This document shows, piece after piece, positions 55,869 through 64,000 of a stretch of 64,000 nucleotides of DNA (the first letter of the stretch is position 1; every line of letters begins with the position of its first letter). The translations under genes and the position numbers were made by a program. Below the pieces are notes generated by a model. That model saw only the letters and a program-made list of their open reading frames with translations. It did no database searches and had not been told where the DNA came from. This DNA is from a virus: IMG/VR virus record IMGVR_UViG_3300044629_000131, positions 1 through 64,000 of that record, one strand, 5' to 3'.

Positions 55869-57008
55869 ATGACCCAAATGCCTGCCAAATCTGACGTTAC
55901 TACCGAGCAACTGACTTCTTATCTGTCCAACAACTTTGGCAACGATATCAACGCCGCTCAGGTTCAGGATGCTTGTGGTGTCTTTGGTATCACTTATGCT
56001 ACTGCTACCAAGCGACTGCGTGATTTCTATGTGAAGCGTGGCACTTGGAACCTGACTGTTCAGGAGCGACTTGAGCAAACCTATCAAGCTCCTGCTGCTG
56101 CTCCTGCTGTTGGTGTTACCGTTCGGGAAGAACAGAACCTTATTCCTACCAAAGATCGTAATTATGTCCCGTTCGGGAACTTCTCGGATGTGAAAAAGAT
56201 TATCCAATCTGGTCTGTTCTACCCTACTTTCATTACTGGTCTGTCTGGTAACGGTAAGACTTTCTCTGTTGAACAAGCATGTGCTCAACTCAAGCGTGAA
56301 TTGATCCGTGTGAACATCACTATTGAGACTGACGAGGATGACCTGATCGGTGGTTTCCGTCTTGTCAACGGTGAGACTGTGTGGCATAACGGTCCTGTGA
56401 TCGAAGCTCTTGAGCGTGGCGCTATTCTTCTTCTTGATGAGGTTGACCTCGCTAGCAATAAGATCCTGTGCCTCCAATCTATCCTTGAAGGCAAAGGTGT
56501 CTTCCTGAAGAAGATTGGTAAGTTTGTTCAACCTGCTGCTGGTTTCAACATCTTCGCTACTGCCAATACCAAAGGTAAGGGTTCTGAAGATGGACGCTTC
56601 ATCGGCACCAACGTTCTGAACGAAGCTTTCCTTGAGCGTTTTGCTCTGACCTTTGAGCAAGACTATCCTACGGTGACTGTTGAGACCAATATTCTCAAGA
56701 AAGCAGCTGCTTCTTTGAATATTGATGACGAAGAGTTTTGTGTAAATCTTGCCAACTGGGCAGATATCATCCGTAAAACTTTCAAGGATGGTGGTATTGA
56801 CGAGGTGATTTCCACCCGCCGTCTGGTTCATATCATCCGTGCCTATGCTATCTGGCAGGATCGTATGAAGTCTATTAAGGTCTGTGTCAATCGTTTTGAT
56901 GATGAGACCAAGCAATCTTTCATCGAACTGTATGATAAGATTGATGCTAAGGTAGAAACCAAGGAAGAAACTAAGGAGGAAGGTATCCATGTCGAATACG
57001 AACTTTGA
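55869..57008 (+). CDS. cobS: MoxR-type AAA+ ATPase (phage 'CobS')
   Basis: Walker A GLSGNGKT, Walker B LLLDEVD, ATANTKG, NEAFLERF, ISTRRLV. Confidence 0.92.
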   Translation: MTQMPAKSDVTTEQLTSYLSNNFGNDINAAQVQDACGVFGITYATATKRLRDFYVKRGTWNLTVQERLEQTYQAPAAAPAVGVTVREEQNLIPTKDRNYVPFGNFSDVKKIIQSGLFYPTFITGLSGNGKTFSVEQACAQLKRELIRVNITIETDEDDLIGGFRLVNGETVWHNGPVIEALERGAILLLDEVDLASNKILCLQSILEGKGVFLKKIGKFVQPAAGFNIFATANTKGKGSEDGRFIGTNVLNEAFLERFALTFEQDYPTVTVETNILKKAAASLNIDDEEFCVNLANWADIIRKTFKDGGIDEVISTRRLVHIIRAYAIWQDRMKSIKVCVNRFDDETKQSFIELYDKIDAKVETKEETKEEGIHVEYEL

Positions 57009-57165
57009 TAAGTTCCACGGGTATGTAAATCATCTTGCCGTCCTTGATGGCGGCAAGACCGTGAAGATCCTAGGTGGCGAGGGTCTGAAGTTATTTGTCA
57101 AAGACCTTGACGGCAACGTTCAAGAATGCTACCATAGTAATATTCAAATGATCTGGAACAAGTGA
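56989..57165 (+). CDS. 58-aa hypothetical protein (not in the ORF track)
   Basis: MSNTNFDKFHGYVNHLAVLDGGKTVKILGGEGLKLFVKDLDG...; fills the gap between cobS and the next ORF. Confidence 0.6.
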   Translation: MSNTNFDKFHGYVNHLAVLDGGKTVKILGGEGLKLFVKDLDGNVQECYHSNIQMIWNK

Positions 57166-57166
57166 A

Positions 57167-57454
57167 ATGAATTTCAAATATAATGAAGACGCAATCATTA
57201 GTGAGTTGCGTGACTACATCGTGAATACCTACAAACAACATTACTCTGCTGGTGATGACAAAATCCAAACGCTGGATCTGATTGAAGCATGTGGTGATGG
57301 TGAAGCTTTCTGTCGTAGCAACATCCTGAAGTATGCTTCTCGCTACGATAAGAAAGGTAGTGCTCGCATGGACATCATGAAAGTGCTACACTATGCCGTG
57401 CTTCTAATGCATTTCAACGATAAAAACGCTACCCGTGAAGATTACAACCGATGA
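57167..57454 (+). CDS. DUF3310-like protein
   Basis: HY...IQTLDLI...FC..NILKY..RY.KK....DI.K..HY. Confidence 0.75.
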   Translation: MNFKYNEDAIISELRDYIVNTYKQHYSAGDDKIQTLDLIEACGDGEAFCRSNILKYASRYDKKGSARMDIMKVLHYAVLLMHFNDKNATREDYNR

Positions 57455-58116
57455 GTAAAGTAACCCTATCTAAAAAGACTTTTGATGTCCTCAAAAATTT
57501 CTCCAGTATCAATTCCTCCATCGTATTCCGACAGGGAAGCACAGTACGCACTATTAGCAATGCGGAGAACATCCTGGCAGCGTTCTCTAGTGAAGAAGTA
57601 TTCCCTATGGACTTCGCAATTTATGATCTCAGTCAGTTTCTTTCTGGGATCTCTCTGTTTAACAATCCTGAACTGGAGTTTTCATCTAGCGATTTTGTCA
57701 GCATCCGTGGCGGTGGTAAGTCTGCTCGCTACTATTTTTCTGATCCTGAAATCACCCTTAAGTCTGCGCCAGAAAAGAATGTAAAGTTTCCTGGTGCTGA
57801 TATTCAGTTCAACATTACTGGTGAAGATCTGCTTTCACTTCAAAAAGCATCTGCTGTTTATAGTCTTCCTGATCTGACTTTCCAGAGCGAAGACAACCAA
57901 ATCAAACTCATCCTTCGTGACAAAGAGAATGATACCAGCAATACTTACGAGCAATCCATTTCTGGTGATTGTACTGGCGACTATTCACTGGATGTTAAAA
58001 TTGAAAACATCCGTCTGTTCCCTGGTGATTATGTTGTCAAAGTATCTAAACATCTGATTTCGGAATGGACAAATCAAAATCTTGACCTTAAATACTACAT
58101 CGCTTTGGAGCCGTAA
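57451..58116 (+). CDS. gp45: Sliding clamp gp45
   Basis: LKNFSSIN.SI, FAIYDL.QFL, KIENI.L.PGDY.V, YYIALEP. Confidence 0.96.
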   Translation: MSKVTLSKKTFDVLKNFSSINSSIVFRQGSTVRTISNAENILAAFSSEEVFPMDFAIYDLSQFLSGISLFNNPELEFSSSDFVSIRGGGKSARYYFSDPEITLKSAPEKNVKFPGADIQFNITGEDLLSLQKASAVYSLPDLTFQSEDNQIKLILRDKENDTSNTYEQSISGDCTGDYSLDVKIENIRLFPGDYVVKVSKHLISEWTNQNLDLKYYIALEP

Positions 58117-58119
58117 CTA

Positions 58120-58455
58120 TTGAAACACATTCTTTTTACCCTGAAGGGGTGTGCCGCTGATGATCTAGATGATGAAGGTTTTATCAGAGATATTCTTTAT
58201 CAAGCATCTATCTGGTGTAAATCTACTTTACTAAGTTTGAAATCACATAAATTTGAACCTCAAGGTGTTACAGCTGTTGCTCTGCTTGCTGAAAGTCATA
58301 TCAGCATTCACACTTGGCCAGAGAATGGCACAGCAGTTTGTGACATCTTTACTTGTGGAGATCACACTAGACCAGAAGACGGTGTAGAATACATGCGGGC
58401 AGAATTAAATGCCACTGATATTGTGAAACAAACTATTTTGAGAGAGTTGGAATGA
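58120..58455 (+). CDS. speD: Pyruvoyl-dependent S-adenosylmethionine decarboxylase family proenzyme
   Basis: TTG start. HKFEPQGVT...LAESHISIHTWPE...D.FTCG, with the E|S self-cleavage site. Confidence 0.9.
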   Translation: MKHILFTLKGCAADDLDDEGFIRDILYQASIWCKSTLLSLKSHKFEPQGVTAVALLAESHISIHTWPENGTAVCDIFTCGDHTRPEDGVEYMRAELNATDIVKQTILRELE

Positions 58456-59396
58456 GTAAAGAGTTTTTGTGGGTTGAGAAGTATCGTCCTTCCATCGTGG
58501 AGGATTGTATCCTTCCAGAAAATATCAAAGACGTATTCAAAGGATTTGTCGCACAAGAAGAGATCCCTAACCTTTTACTTACTGGCACTGCTGGTGTCGG
58601 AAAGACCACAATTGCCAAAGCATTGTGTAATGAGATCGGGGCATCCTATATTGTCATTAACGGTTCGGACGAGGGGCGCTTCCTCGATACGGTCCGCAAC
58701 CGTGTCAGGCAATTCGCCACAACTGTCTCATTGACCTCTGGTGCCTCCCACAAGGTCGTCATAATTGACGAGGCAGACAACACCACCAACGACGTTCAAC
58801 TGTCCCTCAGGACCGCCGTGGAGGAGTTCCATGGCAACTGCCGCTTCATCTTCACTTGTAACTTCATCAACAAGATTATTGAACCTCTCCATTCCCGCTG
58901 TACGGTCGTGGATTTCAGGATCAAACCAGACCAGGCAGTTCAACTTCAAGGTGAGTTCTTCACTCGCCTGAAAACTATTCTGACCCACGAACAGGTACAG
59001 TATGAAGATAAAGTCCTCGCAAAACTTGTCAAGCGATACTATCCAGACTGGCGCCGACTTATCAACGAATGTCAGCGTTATGCTGCGACTGGCGCTATCA
59101 GTTCCGCTATTCTTGTTGATGTCGCTGATGTCAATTTGGATGCTCTACTCACTTCGCTGAAGAAGAAAGAATTTACTACTGTGAAGAACTGGGTTGTTCA
59201 GCATCTTGATAATGACCCCAGCATGATGATGCGTAAGGTTTATGACAGTCTGTATGATGTTCTTAAACCAGCTTCTATTCCCGAGGCAGTATTAATCATC
59301 GCAAAATATATGCGTGACATCACAATTGTCCCAGATCAGGAAGTAAATATGTTAGCGTGTCTAACAGAACTGATGATGAGTTGTGAATTCAAATGA
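58452..59396 (+). CDS. gp44: Clamp loader large subunit gp44
   Basis: LWVEKYRP, GTAGVGKTT, IIDEAD, PLHSRC. Confidence 0.97.
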   Translation: MSKEFLWVEKYRPSIVEDCILPENIKDVFKGFVAQEEIPNLLLTGTAGVGKTTIAKALCNEIGASYIVINGSDEGRFLDTVRNRVRQFATTVSLTSGASHKVVIIDEADNTTNDVQLSLRTAVEEFHGNCRFIFTCNFINKIIEPLHSRCTVVDFRIKPDQAVQLQGEFFTRLKTILTHEQVQYEDKVLAKLVKRYYPDWRRLINECQRYAATGAISSAILVDVADVNLDALLTSLKKKEFTTVKNWVVQHLDNDPSMMMRKVYDSLYDVLKPASIPEAVLIIAKYMRDITIVPDQEVNMLACLTELMMSCEFK

Positions 59397-60283
59397 AAAC
59401 TTGGATGCTAGCAAATCGTAAAACAAAAGAAGTTTACGAAAGAGATAGATTTTTAGAAGAAGCAGAACAACTTGGAATTGATTTCAAGATTGTCTATGCT
59501 GATGAAATTGACCTTATTGTTTCTCGTGATGACAGAAAATCAATCCGTTACCAAAATGAGATCGTTAGCCTCCCAGATGTTCTACTCGCTAGGACAGGCT
59601 CTGCTACTGGTAACTATAACTTGTCCGTCTTGCGGCAGTTCGAAAGACTGAATGTTCCTACTTTGCCAAACTCTGATGCGATCATCGCAGCAAAAGATAA
59701 GATGTATGCCAATCAGATTTTGGCACAGGCAGGACTTCCTATTCCCAAAACCATGCTTACTCGCTTTCCAAGTGATTGTGATTTAGTTGAAAAACAAGTA
59801 GGTTTTCCTTGTGTAGTCAAAGTGATTACTGGATCACATGGAGCTGGGGTCTATCTCTGTGAGAATAAAAAACAATTTGCTGACTTGTCAGAATTGATTT
59901 CTGCCCTAGACTTTAAGAACAGTATGATCGTCCAAGAATATGTACAATATACAGAGGGACGTGATCTTCGTGTTATCGTTATTGGTGGCAGGGTCGTTGG
60001 TGCTATGCTTCGCCAAAGTACCGATGGATCCTTTAAAGCAAACATATCCCGTGGAGGTAAAGGAGTAGCTTATGATGTTGATGAAAAAATGGAACTACTT
60101 GCCATTCAAACAGCAAAAGTTCTTGATCTTGACATCGCTGGTGTTGATCTTCTTTTCCACGAAGATGGATACAGGATCTGTGAAGCAAATTCCTCGCCAG
60201 GATTTTACGGTTTCGAGAACGCTTTGGGTATAAACATCCCAGGAAAAATATTTGAATATGCTAAAATGCGTTGTGGTGAATAA
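59393..60283 (+). CDS. RimK/LysX-family ATP-grasp ligase
   Basis: KDKM, P.VVK...GSHGAGV, VQEYV...GRDLRV.VIGG, FKANISRGG, AGVDLL, CEANSSPGF. Confidence 0.9.
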   Translation: MKTWMLANRKTKEVYERDRFLEEAEQLGIDFKIVYADEIDLIVSRDDRKSIRYQNEIVSLPDVLLARTGSATGNYNLSVLRQFERLNVPTLPNSDAIIAAKDKMYANQILAQAGLPIPKTMLTRFPSDCDLVEKQVGFPCVVKVITGSHGAGVYLCENKKQFADLSELISALDFKNSMIVQEYVQYTEGRDLRVIVIGGRVVGAMLRQSTDGSFKANISRGGKGVAYDVDEKMELLAIQTAKVLDLDIAGVDLLFHEDGYRICEANSSPGFYGFENALGINIPGKIFEYAKMRCGE

Positions 60284-60522
60284 TGTTTCCAAAAATTAAT
60301 AAGTGGGACCTATATGATGTCCCAGTAAAGACAACTCCTGATAATGTGAGAGAGGCAAACGAAGCTCTCTTTCGTGCTAGAATGACCCTACCTGCTGCTG
60401 CCAAACACTGTGGTATGACGCAGAAGGAAATGAAACTAACGTTCTTTGAGTATCTTAAATATCATGCCCCAGACTATGAAATCCCTGAAAACTCCATTAC
60501 GTTACCCAGGGGGGAAGAGTAG
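60283..60522 (+). CDS. Small HTH-like protein
   Basis: MTLPAAAKHCGMTQKEMK is helix-turn-helix-like. Confidence 0.7.
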   Translation: MFPKINKWDLYDVPVKTTPDNVREANEALFRARMTLPAAAKHCGMTQKEMKLTFFEYLKYHAPDYEIPENSITLPRGEE

Positions 60523-61303
60523 AGCACTTCCTAAGATCTTTCAATACATGCCTAACCTGAAGAACTTTCATGAGTTTCGGGAACCTTTTATTGGTGGTGG
60601 ATCTGTAGCACTTGAAGTGACTAAGCGGTATCCTGGCATTCAAATCTGGGTGAATGATCTGTACAATCCTCTATACACTTTCTGGTCTATCCTTCGTGAT
60701 GAACCAGAAGAATTACATCGTTGTATCAAAGGTTATAAAGAAGATTACGACACTCCAGAACTTGCTCGACAACTCTTCAATGAGATGAAGATTCAACTTA
60801 ATCATCCTGAAGCAGAAGACTTCTACCGTGCTGTTGCTTTCTACATTATCAATAAGTGTTCTTTCTCTGGTCTGACTGAAAGCTCTTCTTTCTCAGCACA
60901 AGCAAGTGTTAGTAACTTCTCTATGAATGGTATCGAGAAGATCCCTGAGTATGGTAAGTTGATCAAAGACTGGTACATCACTAACTGGTCATACGAAGAT
61001 ATGCTGACCGATCAGAAAAATGTATTTGTTTATCTTGATCCTCCTTATGACATTAAGGACAACCTCTATGGGCGTAAGGGATCAATGCACAAAGGATTTG
61101 ATCACGATAAGTTTGCTGCTGATTGTGATCGCCATCTTTGTCCTCAACTAGTTTCATACAACAATTCCAACCTCGTCAAGGAGCGGTTCCAGGGGTGGAC
61201 AGTTGGAGAATTTGCACATACCTACACCATGCGGTCGGTTGGGTCGTATACAATAGATCAAGCAGAACGCAAGGAACTCGTCCTTTACAACTATGAAAAT
61301 TAA
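60476..61303 (+). CDS. dam: DNA adenine methyltransferase (Dam/D12 family)
   Basis: LRYPGGKS, EPFIGGGSV, VNDL, YLDPPY. Confidence 0.93.
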   Translation: MKSLKTPLRYPGGKSRALPKIFQYMPNLKNFHEFREPFIGGGSVALEVTKRYPGIQIWVNDLYNPLYTFWSILRDEPEELHRCIKGYKEDYDTPELARQLFNEMKIQLNHPEAEDFYRAVAFYIINKCSFSGLTESSSFSAQASVSNFSMNGIEKIPEYGKLIKDWYITNWSYEDMLTDQKNVFVYLDPPYDIKDNLYGRKGSMHKGFDHDKFAADCDRHLCPQLVSYNNSNLVKERFQGWTVGEFAHTYTMRSVGSYTIDQAERKELVLYNYEN

Positions 61304-61436
61304 AGTTCAACTCTACGTTGCTGGTCGTCTCTTTGATGAGATTGTTGAGGCAGCAAACTACCAGGATGCTCGCCAGACTGCCCTTGCTCGCAATCCTACT
61401 GCTAAAGTCGTAAATGTTACTGCTGTATTCAAATAA
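61293..61436 (+). CDS. 47-aa hypothetical protein (not in the ORF track)
   Basis: MKIKVQLYVAGRLFDEIVEAANYQDARQTALARNPTAKVVNVTAVFK; TAATG coupling. Confidence 0.7.
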   Translation: MKIKVQLYVAGRLFDEIVEAANYQDARQTALARNPTAKVVNVTAVFK

Positions 61437-61645
61437 TGTGGCGTCTATGGTGTAAAGCACTCGGGGAAAAAGCATCCGATGATAAACGAGAAGCAGACAA
61501 CATTGCTCATATACGGACTATTATATTCTGTACTTATTTCATTACTAATTTATTCATTATCGCGGGGGTCGTAAGACACTGGAATGACATACCAACTGAA
61601 AGATTACCTATACAGCATCAATCAGTCCAAGAAAAATATTCTTGA
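61436..61645 (+). CDS. Small membrane protein
   Basis: MWRLWCKALGEKA...AD..A.IRT...ITN.FIIAGV.RHW. Confidence 0.65.
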   Translation: MWRLWCKALGEKASDDKREADNIAHIRTIIFCTYFITNLFIIAGVVRHWNDIPTERLPIQHQSVQEKYS

Positions 61646-61970
61646 AGATGATGTTGATGCTGAGAAAGCATATCCACCTTATATTATTAATCGCTGCCTG
61701 AGTTCATTCACAGATACAATCTTGTTTGTGAACGAGATGAACAAGAATTGTCATCTTCCAAAAAAGCTTCAATATGATTTTCTTCTAAATAGTATCAAAC
61801 CAAGGAAAAGATTTTCTCCTTGGGCGAAAAAAGATTCTATTGATTATCTTGAAGTAGTCAAAGAGTATTATGGTTATAATGACGATAAAGCACTCCAGGC
61901 ACTCAGGGTTCTCACCAAGGATCAGTTAGATCATATTACAAAGGTACTGAATAAAGGTGGAAGAAAATGA
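61584..61970 (+). CDS. gp62: Clamp loader small subunit gp62
   Basis: LKDYL.SIN..K, YPPYIINRCLS, QYDFL...I.PRKRFS.W, VKEYYGY...KA. Confidence 0.95.
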   Translation: MTYQLKDYLYSINQSKKNILEDDVDAEKAYPPYIINRCLSSFTDTILFVNEMNKNCHLPKKLQYDFLLNSIKPRKRFSPWAKKDSIDYLEVVKEYYGYNDDKALQALRVLTKDQLDHITKVLNKGGRK

Positions 61971-62389
61971 GTGTTGAAACTGAAATCCAGTGGAAGCAAG
62001 CTGACATGGTAGAAGTCATTCTGAACGAACCAGATGACTTCTTAAAAGTGAGGGAAACCCTGACAAGAATTGGTGTAGCTTCTCGTAAAGAAAAGAAGAT
62101 CTATCAATCTTGTCACATTCTGCATAAGCAGGGTAAGTACTATATTGTTCATTTCAAGGAGTTGTTTGCTCTTGATGGAAAGAACACCAATCTTTCACTG
62201 AATGATGTACAACGCCGCAATCGTATTATTCAACTGTTGAGTGACTGGGGATTAATTACGATCGTAACTCCAGAAAAGATTGCTGATCTTGCTCCACTAA
62301 ATCAAATCAAGGTGCTTGCTTTCAAAGAAAAAGATGAATGGACTTTGGAAAGCAAATATAATATTGGAAGAAAAAAATCGGTTGAGTAA
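61967..62389 (+). CDS. regA: Translational repressor RegA
   Basis: PDDFLKVRETLTRIGVAS, QSCHILHKQGKYYIVHFKELF.LDG. Confidence 0.97.
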   Translation: MSVETEIQWKQADMVEVILNEPDDFLKVRETLTRIGVASRKEKKIYQSCHILHKQGKYYIVHFKELFALDGKNTNLSLNDVQRRNRIIQLLSDWGLITIVTPEKIADLAPLNQIKVLAFKEKDEWTLESKYNIGRKKSVE

Positions 62390-62401
62390 ACCGTAGTATT
62401 C

Positions 62402-62429
62402 ATGGGGGTTTTCATCACCCCCATTTTTT
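62402..62429 (+). terminator. Intrinsic terminator after regA
   Basis: atgggggt / acccccat 8-bp stem followed by a T-run. Confidence 0.8.
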
Positions 62430-62495
62430 ATGCGAAGTGTATAATTATTATTGTGATGCCTTACGGGTCACATGTAAACGTCGCTTTTTAGGACA

Positions 62496-62900
62496 ATGGT
62501 AACATTTAATTTAGAAACATATACCCCCTATTCAATTGGTTTTGATGAAACATTCAGAAGACTGGAAGCTATTGCAGGAAATGGATCTAGTTATCCTCCG
62601 TACAATGTGGTTAACGGAGACGATGGCAGAACCATACTTGAGGTCGCTCTGGCTGGATTTACAAGTGAAGATATTGAAGTCACGACTGAACGACATCTTC
62701 TGACGGTATCAGCAAATAAATCAAAAGAAGATAAAGAACGCAAATATCAGCACAAGGGAATTTCTCAAAGATCATTTACTCGCAACTGGGAAATGTCAGA
62801 AGACGTTGAAGTAGAGAGTGTTGAATTTAAAGATGGTTTATTGAGTATTGTGTTGAGGAAAGAACTTCCAGAGAAACAGAAAAGGAAGAAGTGGTTCTAA
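62496..62900 (+). CDS. hsp20: Small heat-shock protein Hsp20
   Basis: YPPYNV, LEVALAGF, HKGISQRSF.R.W, DGLLSI.L...PE. Confidence 0.95.
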   Translation: MVTFNLETYTPYSIGFDETFRRLEAIAGNGSSYPPYNVVNGDDGRTILEVALAGFTSEDIEVTTERHLLTVSANKSKEDKERKYQHKGISQRSFTRNWEMSEDVEVESVEFKDGLLSIVLRKELPEKQKRKKWF

Positions 62901-62906
62901 ATATTC

Positions 62907-62942
62907 GGGGCACTTGACGGTGCCCCTTTTTGATGCTAAACT
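62907..62942 (+). terminator. Terminator after hsp20 whose loop is the -35 of a downstream sigma70 promoter
   Basis: ggggcac-TTGACG-gtgcccc-T5. TTGACG (62914-62919), 17 nt, then TAAACT (62937-62942) with TGn. Confidence 0.8.
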
Positions 62943-62964
62943 AATATCAAACATATAATATCCT

Positions 62965-63312
62965 ATGGCAGTATCAATCGTTACACTAAAGACGGGTGAT
63001 CGTGTCATCACTGAACTTAAAGAAGTCTTCGATGGTGAAGATGATAATAAAAAAGGTATTTGTCTTTTGATGGAAGAACCTTATGTTTTAAGTCTTGATG
63101 GCGCCACCCCACAATTTCTAACAGAAGCACATGGTATGGAATATCAGGTTCGCTTTAGTAAGTGGAATCCATATTCTCCAGATACAATGTTTAAAATTCC
63201 GTATGATTGTATTATGACAATCAGTAGTCCAGAACCTGGATTACAAAAAGCCTATGAAAATAAAATTACTCAAAAGAGGGAACTAGGAAATGGATCTGAA
63301 AACCAATCATAA
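62965..63312 (+). CDS. Conserved hypothetical protein, paralog A
   Basis: IVTLKTGDRVITEL...EPY...KWNPYS...I....I...P..L..Y. Confidence 0.8.
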   Translation: MAVSIVTLKTGDRVITELKEVFDGEDDNKKGICLLMEEPYVLSLDGATPQFLTEAHGMEYQVRFSKWNPYSPDTMFKIPYDCIMTISSPEPGLQKAYENKITQKRELGNGSENQS

Positions 63313-63676
63313 TATTCGTATTGTTACACTAGTAACATCTGAACGCATTCTATGTTTGTTTGGAGAAGTTCGCAGTGAAGAAGATAAAGTGATTGGATAC
63401 AAATTGGTATATCCTTTTGTTCTAACTCTTTCTGATCCAAATGAAGATGGAACCATTCCAATTTCTTACAAACGTTGGTGTCCATATAGTCCCATCGAAG
63501 AACATCGTATTAGCGGAGATCATATTATTAGCGTTGTTTATCCAGATAATAATATCCTTGATAACTATATCAACAAATTATCAGAAGCTGGAATTACAGA
63601 AGATCAATTATTTTATGAAGTAAAGGAAGAACAACCAAATGGAGATAGCAGCGAACCTACTGAAGCTGGCGAATGA
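63290..63676 (+). CDS. Conserved hypothetical protein, paralog B
   Basis: IVTLVTSERIL...YPF...RWCPYS...I....I...P...L..Y. Confidence 0.8.
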   Translation: MDLKTNHNIRIVTLVTSERILCLFGEVRSEEDKVIGYKLVYPFVLTLSDPNEDGTIPISYKRWCPYSPIEEHRISGDHIISVVYPDNNILDNYINKLSEAGITEDQLFYEVKEEQPNGDSSEPTEAGE

Positions 63677-63911
63677 GTGGATCATCGCGCAGGTCGAAGA
63701 GATTGAGGGTGCCACTTCGATAGGTGACCCCGATTGTGTCCTACGCGATCCATACGTGGTAGAATGTGATGGGGAGATCAACCAATGGCCTCCCCATTCA
63801 AATGATCGTGAGGTGATCGTTAGGTCTTCTGACATCACCACACTTGTCAATCCAAGCACCAAACTTCTTGCTGCTTATCTACTTAAAGTTGATCCGCCAA
63901 AATCTGAATGA
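63639..63911 (+). CDS. Conserved hypothetical protein, paralog C
   Basis: LLKLANEWIIA...DPY...QWPPHS...V....I...P...L..Y. Confidence 0.75.
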   Translation: MEIAANLLKLANEWIIAQVEEIEGATSIGDPDCVLRDPYVVECDGEINQWPPHSNDREVIVRSSDITTLVNPSTKLLAAYLLKVDPPKSE

Positions 63912-64000
63912 AGTTTTATACTAATGTTGAACAAGCTGGCAACCGTTTGCTAGTCCGTGGTTATGAAAATGGCAATCGCTACAGCGTGAAGGTTCCCTTC
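63908..64000 (+). CDS. gp43: DNA polymerase gp43, N-terminus (truncated by the window end)
   Basis: ATGA overlap; MKFYTNVEQAGNRLLVRGYENG is the typical cyanomyovirus gp43 start, in the expected position. Confidence 0.85.
   Translation, partial: MKFYTNVEQAGNRLLVRGYENGNRYSVKVPF

Noticed and set aside
55737-56990. 417-aa minus-strand ORF
   Set aside because: Same shadow effect opposite the AAA ATPase.
55869-57008. cobS as evidence of cobalamin biosynthesis
   Set aside because: Only generic MoxR motifs are visible, there is no cobN or other cob gene here, and the partner has a peptidase-like domain.
58120-60283. speD plus ATP-grasp as a DNA hypermodification (putrescinyl/glutamyl-thymine) pathway
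   Set aside because: Those pathways need hmdU synthesis, a kinase and dedicated transferases, none of which is seen in this window.
1-64000. tRNA or rRNA genes
   Set aside because: Intergenic gaps are short and I saw no cloverleaf or T-loop signature; tRNAscan was not run.

Overview
64 kb of a T4-like cyanomyovirus (Kyanoviridae-type) genome, with all credible genes on the + strand. The gene order is: baseplate gp8, VrlC-like protein, two large fibre/structural proteins (1267 and 3380 aa), three paralogous fibre-tip proteins, two 2OG-Fe(II) oxygenases, gp13-gp16, a variable island (EndoVII-type nuclease, SNase, tiny membrane proteins), gp17-gp23, gp3, uvsY, uvsW, gp55, gp47, gp46, a VWA/metallopeptidase plus MoxR-AAA ('CobS') pair, gp45, speD, gp44, a RimK-like ligase, dam, gp62, regA, hsp20 and the start of gp43. 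I saw no tRNA, rRNA or CRISPR. The main finding is that the 3380-aa virion protein carries five alpha-helical repeats that resemble phycobiliprotein (globin-fold) domains by eye. They keep the C-x-R-D bilin-attachment motif and a second Cys placed like beta-155, and four of them appear nested inside one another. This raises the untested hypothesis of a pigment-bearing or phycobiliprotein-mimicking virion appendage. Also notable: promoters repeatedly placed inside RBS-sequestering hairpins or terminators, a consensus antisense promoter back-to-back with the gp55 promoter, an HLR1/RpaB-like box, and strict codon avoidance in two early genes. All homology calls come from motif recognition by eye; no searches were run.
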